A stretch of DNA of 64,000 nt from Planctomycetota bacterium (GTDB taxonomy: Bacteria; Planctomycetota; MHYJ01; WSZJ01), in contig JBBTCT010000009.1 in NCBI GenBank assembly GCA_038060895.1, positions 272,082 to 336,081 of the forward strand. Reading direction: 5' to 3'. Made by a program: the position numbers and the translations under genes. How positions within the stretch are numbered: the first letter of the stretch is position 1; each line of letters opens with the position of its first letter. Below, in pieces: positions 38,743 to 47,683 of the stretch. The notes below the pieces were generated by a model. That model saw only the letters and a program-made list of their open reading frames with translations. It made no database searches and was not told the origin of the DNA.

Positions 38743-39926
38743 TCCGCCCCGGCGTCGCGGCATCGCTTCAGGATCAGGATGGCGTAAGCGGTGCCGTAGG
38801 GCTTGTGGAAATCCCACATGCCGAAGTCCCACCACGAGCCGTCTTCCTCCTGGTGGGGCCGGATCGTGTCGGAAAGTTTTTTCGCGTAGACCCTGGCGTC
38901 CTCGGCAGGGATGAGCGACAGGATCCGCGCGGCGTAGTAGTGGCCGAAGTAGTAGAAGTACCCGGCGACGGCGTAGTAGGCCTCGTGAGGGTAGGGGCGC
39001 TTGCGCCCGCACTCGAGGTAGAGCTGCAATTTGAACAGGCGTTCAAGGCCGGCGGTCAGGTCTTTCGCCGGGACCGCATGCGAGCCCCATTCCGTCAACG
39101 CGTCGTTTCCCGCCTGGGTCCGGCCCAGCGACCCGGCCGGACGGTTGATCTCGTGCATCGGGCTGTAACGCCAGTCGTACGAATACAGGTACGCATTCTC
39201 CGGGGTGCGGCATTTCTCCAGCAGCCGCACGGCTCCCTTCGACAGCTTCTCCGGCACCGGAAGCCCCGCGTCCTTCGCCTCCTTGAGCGCAACCAGTCCC
39301 GCGGCCGTGCCGAATGCGGTCGGCTCCATCGACGGATGCTGTGTGAGGTACGCGAAATCGTAGTAGTTCCAGCCTCCGAACGTCGTCGCGTAGCGATCCA
39401 GCAGATCCAGGTGCTCCAGCGCGCCCTTTCTGAGCGCCTCCAGCCTCACAGGGTCGGCCTCCGCCTTGATCGCGGCCGCCAGCGCCTGCAGCCCGTACAT
39501 GTGTCCCCACACGTTGTAGATCTCGTCCTGCGAAGCGCGCCGGACCCGGAGACCGGGGCCGACGAGCCAGTCCTCTCCCCGCCTGCCCGCTGCCATCGCT
39601 TCGGACTTCTGCGGTTCAGGCAGAATTCCTGAAGCGGCCGCCTCGCGGAGCGCCAGGGAGCAGAGCGCAGTCGTGGCGACCTTGAACGCCATGTGCGATC
39701 CCGGCGCCGAGGCGTAGATATCCCAGCCGAGCGGCCGGCAGCCCGTCCCCCAGTAGCCGCCTTTTTCCTGGGACTTCAGCAGGAAGGCGACTCCTTCCCG
39801 CATCGACGCGTCCAGAGCGCGAGTACGAACCGGCTGCTGCTCGAGGGGCAGCGGCTTCGGCGGCTCGGGGGCCGAAGAGCAGCCCGCGAACGAAGCGGTG
39901 ACCAGAAGGAGAGCGAGGCGTCGCAT
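38739..39926 (-). CDS. Prenyltransferase/squalene-oxidase-repeat lipoprotein (tandem paralog)
   Basis: Lipobox FAGC; QEKGGYW, FGGWNYY, HQEEDGSWWD; collinear with its neighbour. Confidence 0.75.
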   Translation of the reverse strand: MRRLALLLVTASFAGCSSAPEPPKPLPLEQQPVRTRALDASMREGVAFLLKSQEKGGYWGTGCRPLGWDIYASAPGSHMAFKVATTALCSLALREAAASGILPEPQKSEAMAAGRRGEDWLVGPGLRVRRASQDEIYNVWGHMYGLQALAAAIKAEADPVRLEALRKGALEHLDLLDRYATTFGGWNYYDFAYLTQHPSMEPTAFGTAAGLVALKEAKDAGLPVPEKLSKGAVRLLEKCRTPENAYLYSYDWRYSPMHEINRPAGSLGRTQAGNDALTEWGSHAVPAKDLTAGLERLFKLQLYLECGRKRPYPHEAYYAVAGYFYYFGHYYAARILSLIPAEDARVYAKKLSDTIRPHQEEDGSWWDFGMWDFHKPYGTAYAILILKRCRDAGAE

Positions 39927-41347
39927 TACTTTTTCAGCGCGTTCTGCAGGATCGTCTCCCCGCCTTTCAGCCCGGCCTTCACCTCGTGCCACTGACCGTT
40001 GTTCATTCCCAGCGTGATCTCGACCACCTTCTCTTTTCCGCCTTCCATCACCCAGACCGCCGGCTTGCCGTTCTCGACGCCGACAGCGCTCGCCGGGACC
40101 AGGACCACGTCCTTGAGGTCCGCGACTGCGATCGACACTTTGCACTTCATCCCCGGCACCACCGACTCCGCCGCCGACGAAAGCTGCAGTTTGGCCGCGA
40201 TCACGCCGCCGGAAGGAACCGGCGAGATTTCGGACAGCGTCGCTTCCAGTTTCTTGTCCTGCGAGCCGAGCGCGGCGACGGTCGCCTTCTGTCCGACCTT
40301 TGCCTGCATCGCGCGGTCCTCGGGGATCGCGACGCGCGCCATCTTTGCGCCGGACGGGATCACGGTCAGCACGACCACGTTGGCGCCGACCTTTTCGCCC
40401 GTGCGATACGCCTTGAGGAGCTCATCATTCGTGGACCAGTTGCCGCCCGCGAGCTGGCCGTAGATCGCCCAGCCGTCAATCGAGGAGGTAATGGTCAGCT
40501 TGTCGCCGTCTCTCTTCAGCTTTTCCAGCGCTTCTACCTGCTGCTCCCGCGCCGCCGTCGCACGCACTTTCTGCGCGTCGCGCTGCACTTTCCCGTTGGC
40601 CACGTTCGACTCCGTCTGCGCCAGGCCTACCTTCGACTGCTCGACCGCGCGCTCTACCTGGATCTTGCGGCGCGGGTACTCCCAGTCCGGCGTCTTCTTC
40701 GAGGACGCACGGCGCATCTCGAGGAAAATCTTCGAGTTCTCCAGCGAACGCTTCGCACGGTCCCGGACGATGTCCGCCGTGTCCGTCGTCAGTTCCTCGC
40801 TCTTGTACATCTTCTCCAGCTGCTCCAGCTCCTGCGCCTGGTCCTTCACGTTGTCCTCGTAGTTCTTCAGGCCGAGCTCGTTGTACTTCAGCATGTGCGG
40901 GCCGTCGATCGTGTTGAAGTACTCCAGCTCCTTTTCCGATTCCAGCACGGCGTCCTTCGAGTTCGCCAGCGTCAGGGAGTCCTGCTTGTCCCCCCAGGCG
41001 CACGAGTCGCTCGCCGCTTTCAGACCCGCATCCGCCGCGCGCAGCTCGTTCTCGGCCGCCGCAACCGCTCTCTGCCAGGGCGCCGGATCGAACTGCAGCA
41101 CCACGTCGCCTTTCTTCACCGCCGCGCCGTGCGAAGCGATCTTGGAGATCGAGAGTTCGCCTCCGTAACCGTCCGGCCGGAACTTCGCCTCGAACAGTTC
41201 GGGCGAGTCGTACGAGCCGTCCAGGTCAAGCGTCACGGCAAGCGGACCACGCGCGACCGAGTGCGTCGGCCGGGCGTCCTCGGAGTAAGCCGCGATCAGG
41301 GTCCCAAGGGCGAAGACGGGGGCGAGGGCGAAGGACAGGCGCTTCAT
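39926..41347 (-). CDS. HlyD/periplasmic adaptor-like protein with very long coiled coil
   Basis: Signal peptide; HGAAVKKGDVVLQFD and ITSSIDG lipoyl halves; PGMKCKV; EVKAGLKGGE. Confidence 0.75.
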   Translation of the reverse strand: MKRLSFALAPVFALGTLIAAYSEDARPTHSVARGPLAVTLDLDGSYDSPELFEAKFRPDGYGGELSISKIASHGAAVKKGDVVLQFDPAPWQRAVAAAENELRAADAGLKAASDSCAWGDKQDSLTLANSKDAVLESEKELEYFNTIDGPHMLKYNELGLKNYEDNVKDQAQELEQLEKMYKSEELTTDTADIVRDRAKRSLENSKIFLEMRRASSKKTPDWEYPRRKIQVERAVEQSKVGLAQTESNVANGKVQRDAQKVRATAAREQQVEALEKLKRDGDKLTITSSIDGWAIYGQLAGGNWSTNDELLKAYRTGEKVGANVVVLTVIPSGAKMARVAIPEDRAMQAKVGQKATVAALGSQDKKLEATLSEISPVPSGGVIAAKLQLSSAAESVVPGMKCKVSIAVADLKDVVLVPASAVGVENGKPAVWVMEGGKEKVVEITLGMNNGQWHEVKAGLKGGETILQNALKK

Positions 41348-41487
41348 CGTGGATTCTCCCGTGAGTGTTGTGGGTTCGGTCGAGCGCGGCAGGCTACCAA
41401 GAGCGGGAGCGACCGGAGAAGCAACTTCGCAGAGCGCGGGAGAACTCGCGCGACTCGGACTGCGTCGGCCTGGCCACGGTCATGGAC

Positions 41488-41802
41488 TCAGGATTCAGGT
41501 TCCATGGAAAAAGTCAGCGGCCAACCGGCTCCTCGCGCCATGGAGTGCGCCTGCTCGATGTGGAATTCAGCCTGCTCCCGGGACTCGACCTTCACGAGGG
41601 CGACCCCCTTGAAGTGAGCCTCGAGCATCACCTTCGCCGAGGAAAGGAAGCCGAGTTTCCAGACTTCCTGGAGCACTTTGGTCACGTACTCCATCGGCGT
41701 GACGTCGTCGTTATGGATGAGAACGCGCCACAACGGCGCCAGCCGCGTCTCGACGTGTTCCTTCGGGACGCTGCGGACCGCAGGGGCGGCTGTCGGCGGC
41801 AT
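41488..41802 (-). CDS. clpS: ATP-dependent Clp protease adaptor
   Basis: WRVLIHNDDVTPMEYV, MLEAHFKG, PLTFSMEPE. Confidence 0.92.
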   Translation of the reverse strand: MPPTAAPAVRSVPKEHVETRLAPLWRVLIHNDDVTPMEYVTKVLQEVWKLGFLSSAKVMLEAHFKGVALVKVESREQAEFHIEQAHSMARGAGWPLTFSMEPES

Positions 41803-41845
41803 GGATGCATTGTCGGAGCCGGAGCCCGGTCGCGGCAACCGGGAA

Positions 41846-43108
41846 CTATTTCAGGACGGGAAGCGACACGGCAAGCGGTTTGCCGTCGCGAAGCAGCTTC
41901 AGCTGCACGGACTTGCCCGCCTCGCGGGTGAATCGGAACCAGGTCTGGAAGTGCTGGTGCGACCTGAAGTCGGAAACACCGTCCACGGCGAGCAGGATGT
42001 CCCCCTTCTGCACGCCTGCCTTCCGGGCGCTGCGGCCGGTTTCCGCGCGCTCTCCCCAGTCGATCAGGTAGGAGATCCGGATGGCGAAGGCGTCCGGTGC
42101 GAGCCCGAGTTTTTTCTTTTCGTCCGCCGGGAGATCACCGCCGCCGAAACCGGGATCGGGTTTCAGCAGCCACATCGCCGGGCGCCACGAATACTCCAGC
42201 GGCGTCGAGGCTTTCCAGCCTTCAGACAGGACGATCTTCGCCGGGCGCTCGTCCTGGCCGCGCGCGAACATGACCTCGATCGTTCCCCCCGACGGCGGGG
42301 TGTTGTGGAGAACCCATTGCACGTCCGGTTCCGTGCTCACCCTCGCTCCATTTACGCTGACCAGGCGATCGCCCGCGGACAACCCGGCGATCGCCGCAGC
42401 CGAGTCCTTCGTCACTTCTTTCAGGACGGCGGGATTCGCCGGGTCCAGGCGCAGGCCGAGTTTGTCGGGAAGCGGCCAGATCCACTTTCCCTCGGGCGTC
42501 CACGTCCGGTCGCTCATCGACTGCTCGCGCATCGCCTCCGTCGCCATGTGGCAGTGAAAACACGAGATCTCCTTGTTCTTCTTGAGCCGCTCCGCGAAAA
42601 CCGGGATCTCCTCGATCGGGAGAGGCGCCGTCGCTTCGCGCACCTTTCCGGAAGCGCGGTAGGCTTCGTCCTCCTTCAGACCCGCGGACAGGAGATGCGT
42701 CAGGGCCTCCATCGACAACCGGGCGTCCGCGGATTCCCAGCTTCGACCGCCGTAACGGTGGTAAATGGTGCCGTCCGCATTCATGAGCAGCGCCGCGAAC
42801 GTGAGATCCCAGTCGAACACGTAGGTGTTGAGATCCACGCCTTTCATATTCGTCACCCGGACGCACACCCAGGCTTTCGCGGCGTCACGGAACCCCTGCG
42901 GCGGACGGACGACCTGCCCGTCGAACCCGGAACAGTCTTTTCAGGATTCGCAGCGAAAGACGACCAGCATCGGCCGCCCGGACTTCCGGGACTCCTCGCG
43001 CGCCGCAGCCAGGTCCGTGAGCCACGGAAAATCTTCTCCCCCCGCGGAAGCGGGACGCAGGAGCGCAAGGGCGAGCAGGGAAGCTGCGAGAGCGAGGCGG
43101 GATCGCAT
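41846..43108 (-). CDS. Putative exported thioredoxin-like/PDZ selenoprotein (420 aa, Sec56 in C-E-S-U-K-D-C) with CxxCH motif
   Basis: From ATG 43108: MRSRLALAASLLALALLRPASAGGEDFPWLTDLAAAREESRKSGRPMLVVFRCES-TGA-KDCSGFDGQVV..., in frame with ORF 41846..42868; two PDZ-like segments (AGLSAGDRLVSVNG, AGVQKGDILLAVDG). Confidence 0.85.
42904..42922 (-). promoter_or_regulatory. Candidate SECIS hairpin
   Basis: mRNA GACGGGC-AGGUC-GUCCGUC (7-bp stem) at +19..+37 after the UGA; GCAGGUC matches the apex of the E. coli fdhF SECIS. Confidence 0.75.
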
Positions 43109-43115
43109 GCGGCCG

Positions 43116-44249
43116 CTACTCCTTGTGACGCTGCCAGTTCTCGAAGAGCGCGATGAACTCCGGGTCGCGCTTCCTCAGATTCTCGTGGTCGATCTTACCG
43201 CTCCGGGTCATCAGCACGTAGGCCAGTTCCTCTGGCGCCAGGCGCATGTCCCGCCTGGCGTTCTCAAACCACTCCATGCTCGTCTGCGCCGCGGCCTGCA
43301 GGTCCTCGACCTTGGGCCTCCGCGAACGCTCGAATTCGGCCAGCGCGGCGGGGACATTGCCGGTCCGTTCCATCGCTTCGAACAGCGCGATCGAATCCTC
43401 GAAGGCGAGGCGCGTGCCGGAACCGATCGAAAAGTGCGCGGTGTGAAGCGCGTCGCCGATGAGGACGGTGTTGCCGTGGACCCAGCGCCGGTTCTTCACC
43501 ACGTTGAAATTCAGCCACGCGGACTTGTTCGACATCAACGCCGCCCCCCTCAGGTCGTCCGCGAACACGCCCTGCAGGTACTTCCGCGTCTCCGCTTCGT
43601 CCTTCCTGTCCATCCCCGCTTTCTTCCACGTTTCCGGGTCCGTCTCAACGATGAAGGTGCTGGTCGCGGTGTCGAACTTATAGGCGTGCGCGATCCAGAG
43701 TCCGTCGGAGTTCTCGCGGAAGATGAGCGTGAGTCCGTGGAAGAGCGTATTGGCGCCGTACCAGATGTACTTGTTGGGGCGGACGTCGATGGAGGGGCCG
43801 AATTCTGTGGCATAGGTGCGCCGCACCGTGGAATTCAGGCCGTCGGCGGCGACCACCATGTCGTAACCGGCCCACTGGGAGGGCTGGGTCAGTTCGGTCT
43901 GGAAGCGGACGTCCACGCCGGCGTCGATGCAGTGTTTCTGGAGGATCTGCAGGATCGAGAGTCGGCGGATTCCGGCGAAGCGGTTGCCGCGGATCGAGAT
44001 CTTGCGGCCCTTGTGGACGATGTCGACGTTGTCCCACATCTGGAATGTGGAGGTGATGTCGCGCCACGAGGGTTCGTCGTTGTCCTTGAGGTAGTTCTGG
44101 GTCTTGTCGTTGAAGACGACTCCCCATCCGAATGTGGCGTCGGGGGCGTTGCGCTCGGCGACGCGGATGTCCCAGTCATTGTGCTTCTTCTTCGCGAGGA
44201 GCGAGAAGTACAGGCCGGCCGGGCCGCCGCCGAGGACGAGGATTCTCAT
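43116..44249 (-). CDS. FAD-dependent monooxygenase (like the N-terminal module of salicylyl-/anthraniloyl-CoA hydroxylases)
   Basis: GGGPAGLY, TFGWGVVF, AADGLNS, GDALHTAHFSIGSGTRLAFED. Confidence 0.85.
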   Translation of the reverse strand: MRILVLGGGPAGLYFSLLAKKKHNDWDIRVAERNAPDATFGWGVVFNDKTQNYLKDNDEPSWRDITSTFQMWDNVDIVHKGRKISIRGNRFAGIRRLSILQILQKHCIDAGVDVRFQTELTQPSQWAGYDMVVAADGLNSTVRRTYATEFGPSIDVRPNKYIWYGANTLFHGLTLIFRENSDGLWIAHAYKFDTATSTFIVETDPETWKKAGMDRKDEAETRKYLQGVFADDLRGAALMSNKSAWLNFNVVKNRRWVHGNTVLIGDALHTAHFSIGSGTRLAFEDSIALFEAMERTGNVPAALAEFERSRRPKVEDLQAAAQTSMEWFENARRDMRLAPEELAYVLMTRSGKIDHENLRKRDPEFIALFENWQRHKE

Positions 44250-44347
44250 GCGCGTAGCGTATCGAAGTCCGCCCGCGGCTTACAGGAATTGGAAATCGGC
44301 CAGGCAGGCGCCTTAACCGGACGGCTGCAGGATCTTGACTTCCGTTC

Positions 44348-45007
44348 CTAGGCTCTCGCCTCGCTGCTGAACAACGCCCTGTAGGTGAAACTCGCCGCCA
44401 CGGCGCCGATCGCGGGGCCGAGAAGGTAGACCACCGGGTCGGGGCAGCACTTGCTCGCGAAAATCCCCGTCCCGAGCCACCGCGCCTGGTTCATGGCGGC
44501 GCCTGTGACCGGCCCGCCCATCAGGATGTCCATGCAGACCGTGAGGCCGATGCCGAATCCGCCGATCTTCGGTGCGTTCTTGTCCACCGCCGTGCCGAGA
44601 ACCGCGGTCAGGAGGAAAAACGTCAGCGCCGCTTCAACCAGGATCCCGATTCCGACGGAAGTCTTGTCGAGGTGCGGGGTGGCGCCCAGAAGATCGGCGC
44701 CGCTGAAAATGGATTTGAGGAGCAGGCCCGCGACGAAAGCTCCCGCGCACTGGGAAATCCAGTAGGGGATCGCTTCGCCGATCTTCATCTTGCCGATCGA
44801 GAGCAGCCCGAGCGTGACGGAAGGGTTGAATTGTCCGCCCGAAATGTGGCCCATCGCCGAAATCATCGTCGCCAGCGCCAGACCGTGTGCGATCGCGATC
44901 GCCAGCAGGCTGTTCCCGCCGTTCAGGATCGCCCCGCCGCCGATGAACGTCAGCGCAAATGTCCCGATCAGTTCCGCGACGCACGCCCCCATCAGCTTCT
45001 TGTCCAT
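44348..45007 (-). CDS. MIP/aquaporin channel
   Basis: AELIGTF, HISGGQFNPSVT, TGAAMNQARW; six TM segments. Confidence 0.92.
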   Translation of the reverse strand: MDKKLMGACVAELIGTFALTFIGGGAILNGGNSLLAIAIAHGLALATMISAMGHISGGQFNPSVTLGLLSIGKMKIGEAIPYWISQCAGAFVAGLLLKSIFSGADLLGATPHLDKTSVGIGILVEAALTFFLLTAVLGTAVDKNAPKIGGFGIGLTVCMDILMGGPVTGAAMNQARWLGTGIFASKCCPDPVVYLLGPAIGAVAASFTYRALFSSEARA

Positions 45008-45049
45008 GCGCTTCAGTTTCCTTATCTCGGGTTGCGAAGTCCGGGAATC

Positions 45050-46207
45050 CTATGCCCTCGCCCGTTCCTCGACCACTTTTGAAAGCGCCTCCTTGACCAA
45101 CCGGTCCACTTCCAGCCCTTTCTCAGCTTCCGCCGCCTTCTCCGGCGAGCTGGCCGTGGCCGGGGCGCGCGGCATGAGGAAGGAGCAGCAGTCGTCGTGA
45201 GGAAGGTTGCTGATGTCGAAGGTAAAGATGCGGCGGGCGGTGTCGATGATTTCCTGCTTGTCCATGCCGATGAGCGGGCGAAGGACGGGGATCGTGGCGA
45301 CGGCGTTGATGGTCTCGAGGTTTGTGAGGGTCTGGGAAGCGACCTGGCCGAGCGAGTCGCCGGTAACGAGCGCGTGGGCGTCCTCGCGGCGGGCGATGGC
45401 TTCGGCGATGCGGGTCATGAAGCGCCGGTAGAGGATGATGCGGAATTCCTGCGGGGAGTTGGTGACGATTTCCTGCTGGATGGGAGCGAACGGCACGAGG
45501 TGAAGGCGCGCGGTGCCCTGCCAAGGCTCGAGTTTCTGGGAGAGTTCGCGGACTTTGTCGAGCGAAGCCTGGGACGTGAAGGGCATGGAATGAAAATGGA
45601 CGAAGCTCGTGCGGCAGCCGCGGCGGATCATGCGCCAGGCGGCGACGGGGGAGTCGATGCCGCCCGAGAGAAGGGTGACGACGCGGCCGGCCGTGCCGGC
45701 GGGGAGACCGCCGGGGCCGGGCTCTTTGCGGAAGTAGGCGTAGAAGTCCTTGTTCACGACCTCGACGAATATTTCGAGGTCCGGGGACTCCAGGTCCACG
45801 GTGGTTCCCGGGATCAACTTCTGCACGAACGCGCCGAGCCGGCGGTTCATCTGCTCGGACGTGAGCGGGTACTCCTTGTTCATGCGGCGGCAGCGGCAGG
45901 CGAAGGACTTCACGTTCATTGAGGGCAACTCCGCCGCGAGGAGAGCCTCGAGAGCGTCCATTTCGGCCTTGAGGACGTGAATGCGCGCGAAGTAGGAGAT
46001 GCCGAATACGCACGAGAGGCGCCGGCGGACTTCGTCCCACGGGGCGGCTTCGGGGAGGCTGAGCAGGATTCGGCCCGGCTGGCGACGGATCTTGAGTTCG
46101 CCCAGCGGCGCAAGCAGGCGCTTGGCGTTTTCGGCCAGGCGGATCTCAAAATAGGGGCGATTCTTGCCCTTGAGGCCGAGTTCGGCGTAGTGGAGGACGA
46201 TTTGCAT
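45050..46207 (-). CDS. thiI: tRNA 4-thiouridine synthase (THUMP + PP-loop, no rhodanese domain)
   Basis: YAELGLKGKNR, GGLPAGT, LLSGGIDSPVA, GDSLGQVASQT, RPLIGMDK, DDCC. Confidence 0.93.
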   Translation of the reverse strand: MQIVLHYAELGLKGKNRPYFEIRLAENAKRLLAPLGELKIRRQPGRILLSLPEAAPWDEVRRRLSCVFGISYFARIHVLKAEMDALEALLAAELPSMNVKSFACRCRRMNKEYPLTSEQMNRRLGAFVQKLIPGTTVDLESPDLEIFVEVVNKDFYAYFRKEPGPGGLPAGTAGRVVTLLSGGIDSPVAAWRMIRRGCRTSFVHFHSMPFTSQASLDKVRELSQKLEPWQGTARLHLVPFAPIQQEIVTNSPQEFRIILYRRFMTRIAEAIARREDAHALVTGDSLGQVASQTLTNLETINAVATIPVLRPLIGMDKQEIIDTARRIFTFDISNLPHDDCCSFLMPRAPATASSPEKAAEAEKGLEVDRLVKEALSKVVEERARA

Positions 46208-46368
46208 TGTGGGAGGAAGTCTATAACAGGAGTGGAAGCGGAAAGCGAGGTGGAAGGGTTGGCCCGCAGGGCTGGCCAGTCCATTTCATCTCAGCTTTTC
46301 TGTGAACCTCATTCAAACCTCACGCGATCAAGGTGGTACAGCGCCGAAGTACGAAAGGACCTACTGTC

Positions 46369-47616
46369 ATGACATGCGACGCAACTCGTTCACAGCTAAC
46401 GGATTATGTTAAAAACGAGCTGACGAGAGCCGAAGCCGATGACGTCGCCGCTCACCTCAATACCTGCGAAAATTGCCGATCCAACGAGGCCGAAATTCGA
46501 AAGAATTTCGGCCTTCTTCGTTTGGCAACGGCTCCCAAGCCCCCCGACGCTCTCTGGGCCCGGATTTCCGCTTCTGTTGATGAGATCGAAGCCGGCAGGG
46601 GGCTGGAAGTGGCCGCAAGGCCAGCCGCGTGGGTCTGGCGGGGGATGGCCATCGCCGCGACCCTCCTCATTACCATCTCTGCCGTCATGCTGTTCAATCA
46701 CACCGGACGCCCCGATGCTCCGGCCGTTGCCCGCCTGGATCTGCTCGGACCGGGAGTCACGATTTACCGTATGACAGGTACGGACCGCCAGCCGATGAAA
46801 CAAGGCAGCACGCTGGCGCAAGGCGAGACACTCGTCATGGACCCAGGAGCGGCTGCAATTTTTACGATCCAGGGCGTCGGAAAGTTCAGGGTTGCGGGCG
46901 GCTCCACGCTTCGTATCACAGGCCCCCGCGCCATTCAGCTGGAAAAAGGCGAACTCATCGCCGACATCAACCCGGGCGGCAAAGGTTTTGAGATTTCGGC
47001 GCCGCAGGCAAGCGCCATCGTCCTCGGAACCCTCTTTCGCGTCAGCGCCGCCGGCGAGCGCACTTCGCTGACCGTCGCCCGGGGAAGCGTCAGATTCAGC
47101 AATTCATCCGGTGCCGTCGACGTGAAGGCCGGATATCAGTCGGCCGCGCTCGCAGGAAAGTCTCCCGCGGCCCCCCTTGAACTCGCCGCCGATGCCGCCG
47201 ACTGGGATCTCTTCCGGTCCGTCGCACCCGCCCCGCGCGTCGAACTCTCGATCGAAGCGGCGACCGCGGGAAAGCCGGTGCACTTCCAGATTACGCTCAG
47301 TTCCGACGCGCCGACGGACATCGAGGCGGGCGTCACGGAGCGCACCTACGTCATCCTCACGCTCGAAGACCCGACCGGCGCCCGCCGACTGGTCCGCCTT
47401 GCGGCCGGGGATCTCACCGCGTCCTGCGACGGGCAGGTCGTGAATGGCCTCGCTTCCATCGATCGCGAAAAGAGACTCGTCCTCAAGGGCGAATTGCGCG
47501 GGCTCGCCGCGGACGGAACGTGGCGCGTCAGCGCGCTCTTCGCCAGCGGCGGCCGCGAGGACTCGTGGGCCGGTTATTCCGAATCGCAGACCATGGCGAT
47601 CGAGGTGAAGCGGTGA
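46369..47616 (+). CDS. Zinc-finger anti-sigma factor with TM and FecR-like domain
   Basis: HLNTCENC (HxxxCxxC); TM MAIAATLLITISAVMLF; LEKGEL, IVLGTLFRV, VARGSVRF (FecR). Confidence 0.8.
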   Translation: MTCDATRSQLTDYVKNELTRAEADDVAAHLNTCENCRSNEAEIRKNFGLLRLATAPKPPDALWARISASVDEIEAGRGLEVAARPAAWVWRGMAIAATLLITISAVMLFNHTGRPDAPAVARLDLLGPGVTIYRMTGTDRQPMKQGSTLAQGETLVMDPGAAAIFTIQGVGKFRVAGGSTLRITGPRAIQLEKGELIADINPGGKGFEISAPQASAIVLGTLFRVSAAGERTSLTVARGSVRFSNSSGAVDVKAGYQSAALAGKSPAAPLELAADAADWDLFRSVAPAPRVELSIEAATAGKPVHFQITLSSDAPTDIEAGVTERTYVILTLEDPTGARRLVRLAAGDLTASCDGQVVNGLASIDREKRLVLKGELRGLAADGTWRVSALFASGGREDSWAGYSESQTMAIEVKR

Positions 47617-47683
47617 ACCGATCCGTGGCTGGCGGCGTCCATTCCAGTAGCATCCGGCACTTCATTGAAACCCGGAGGAACTG

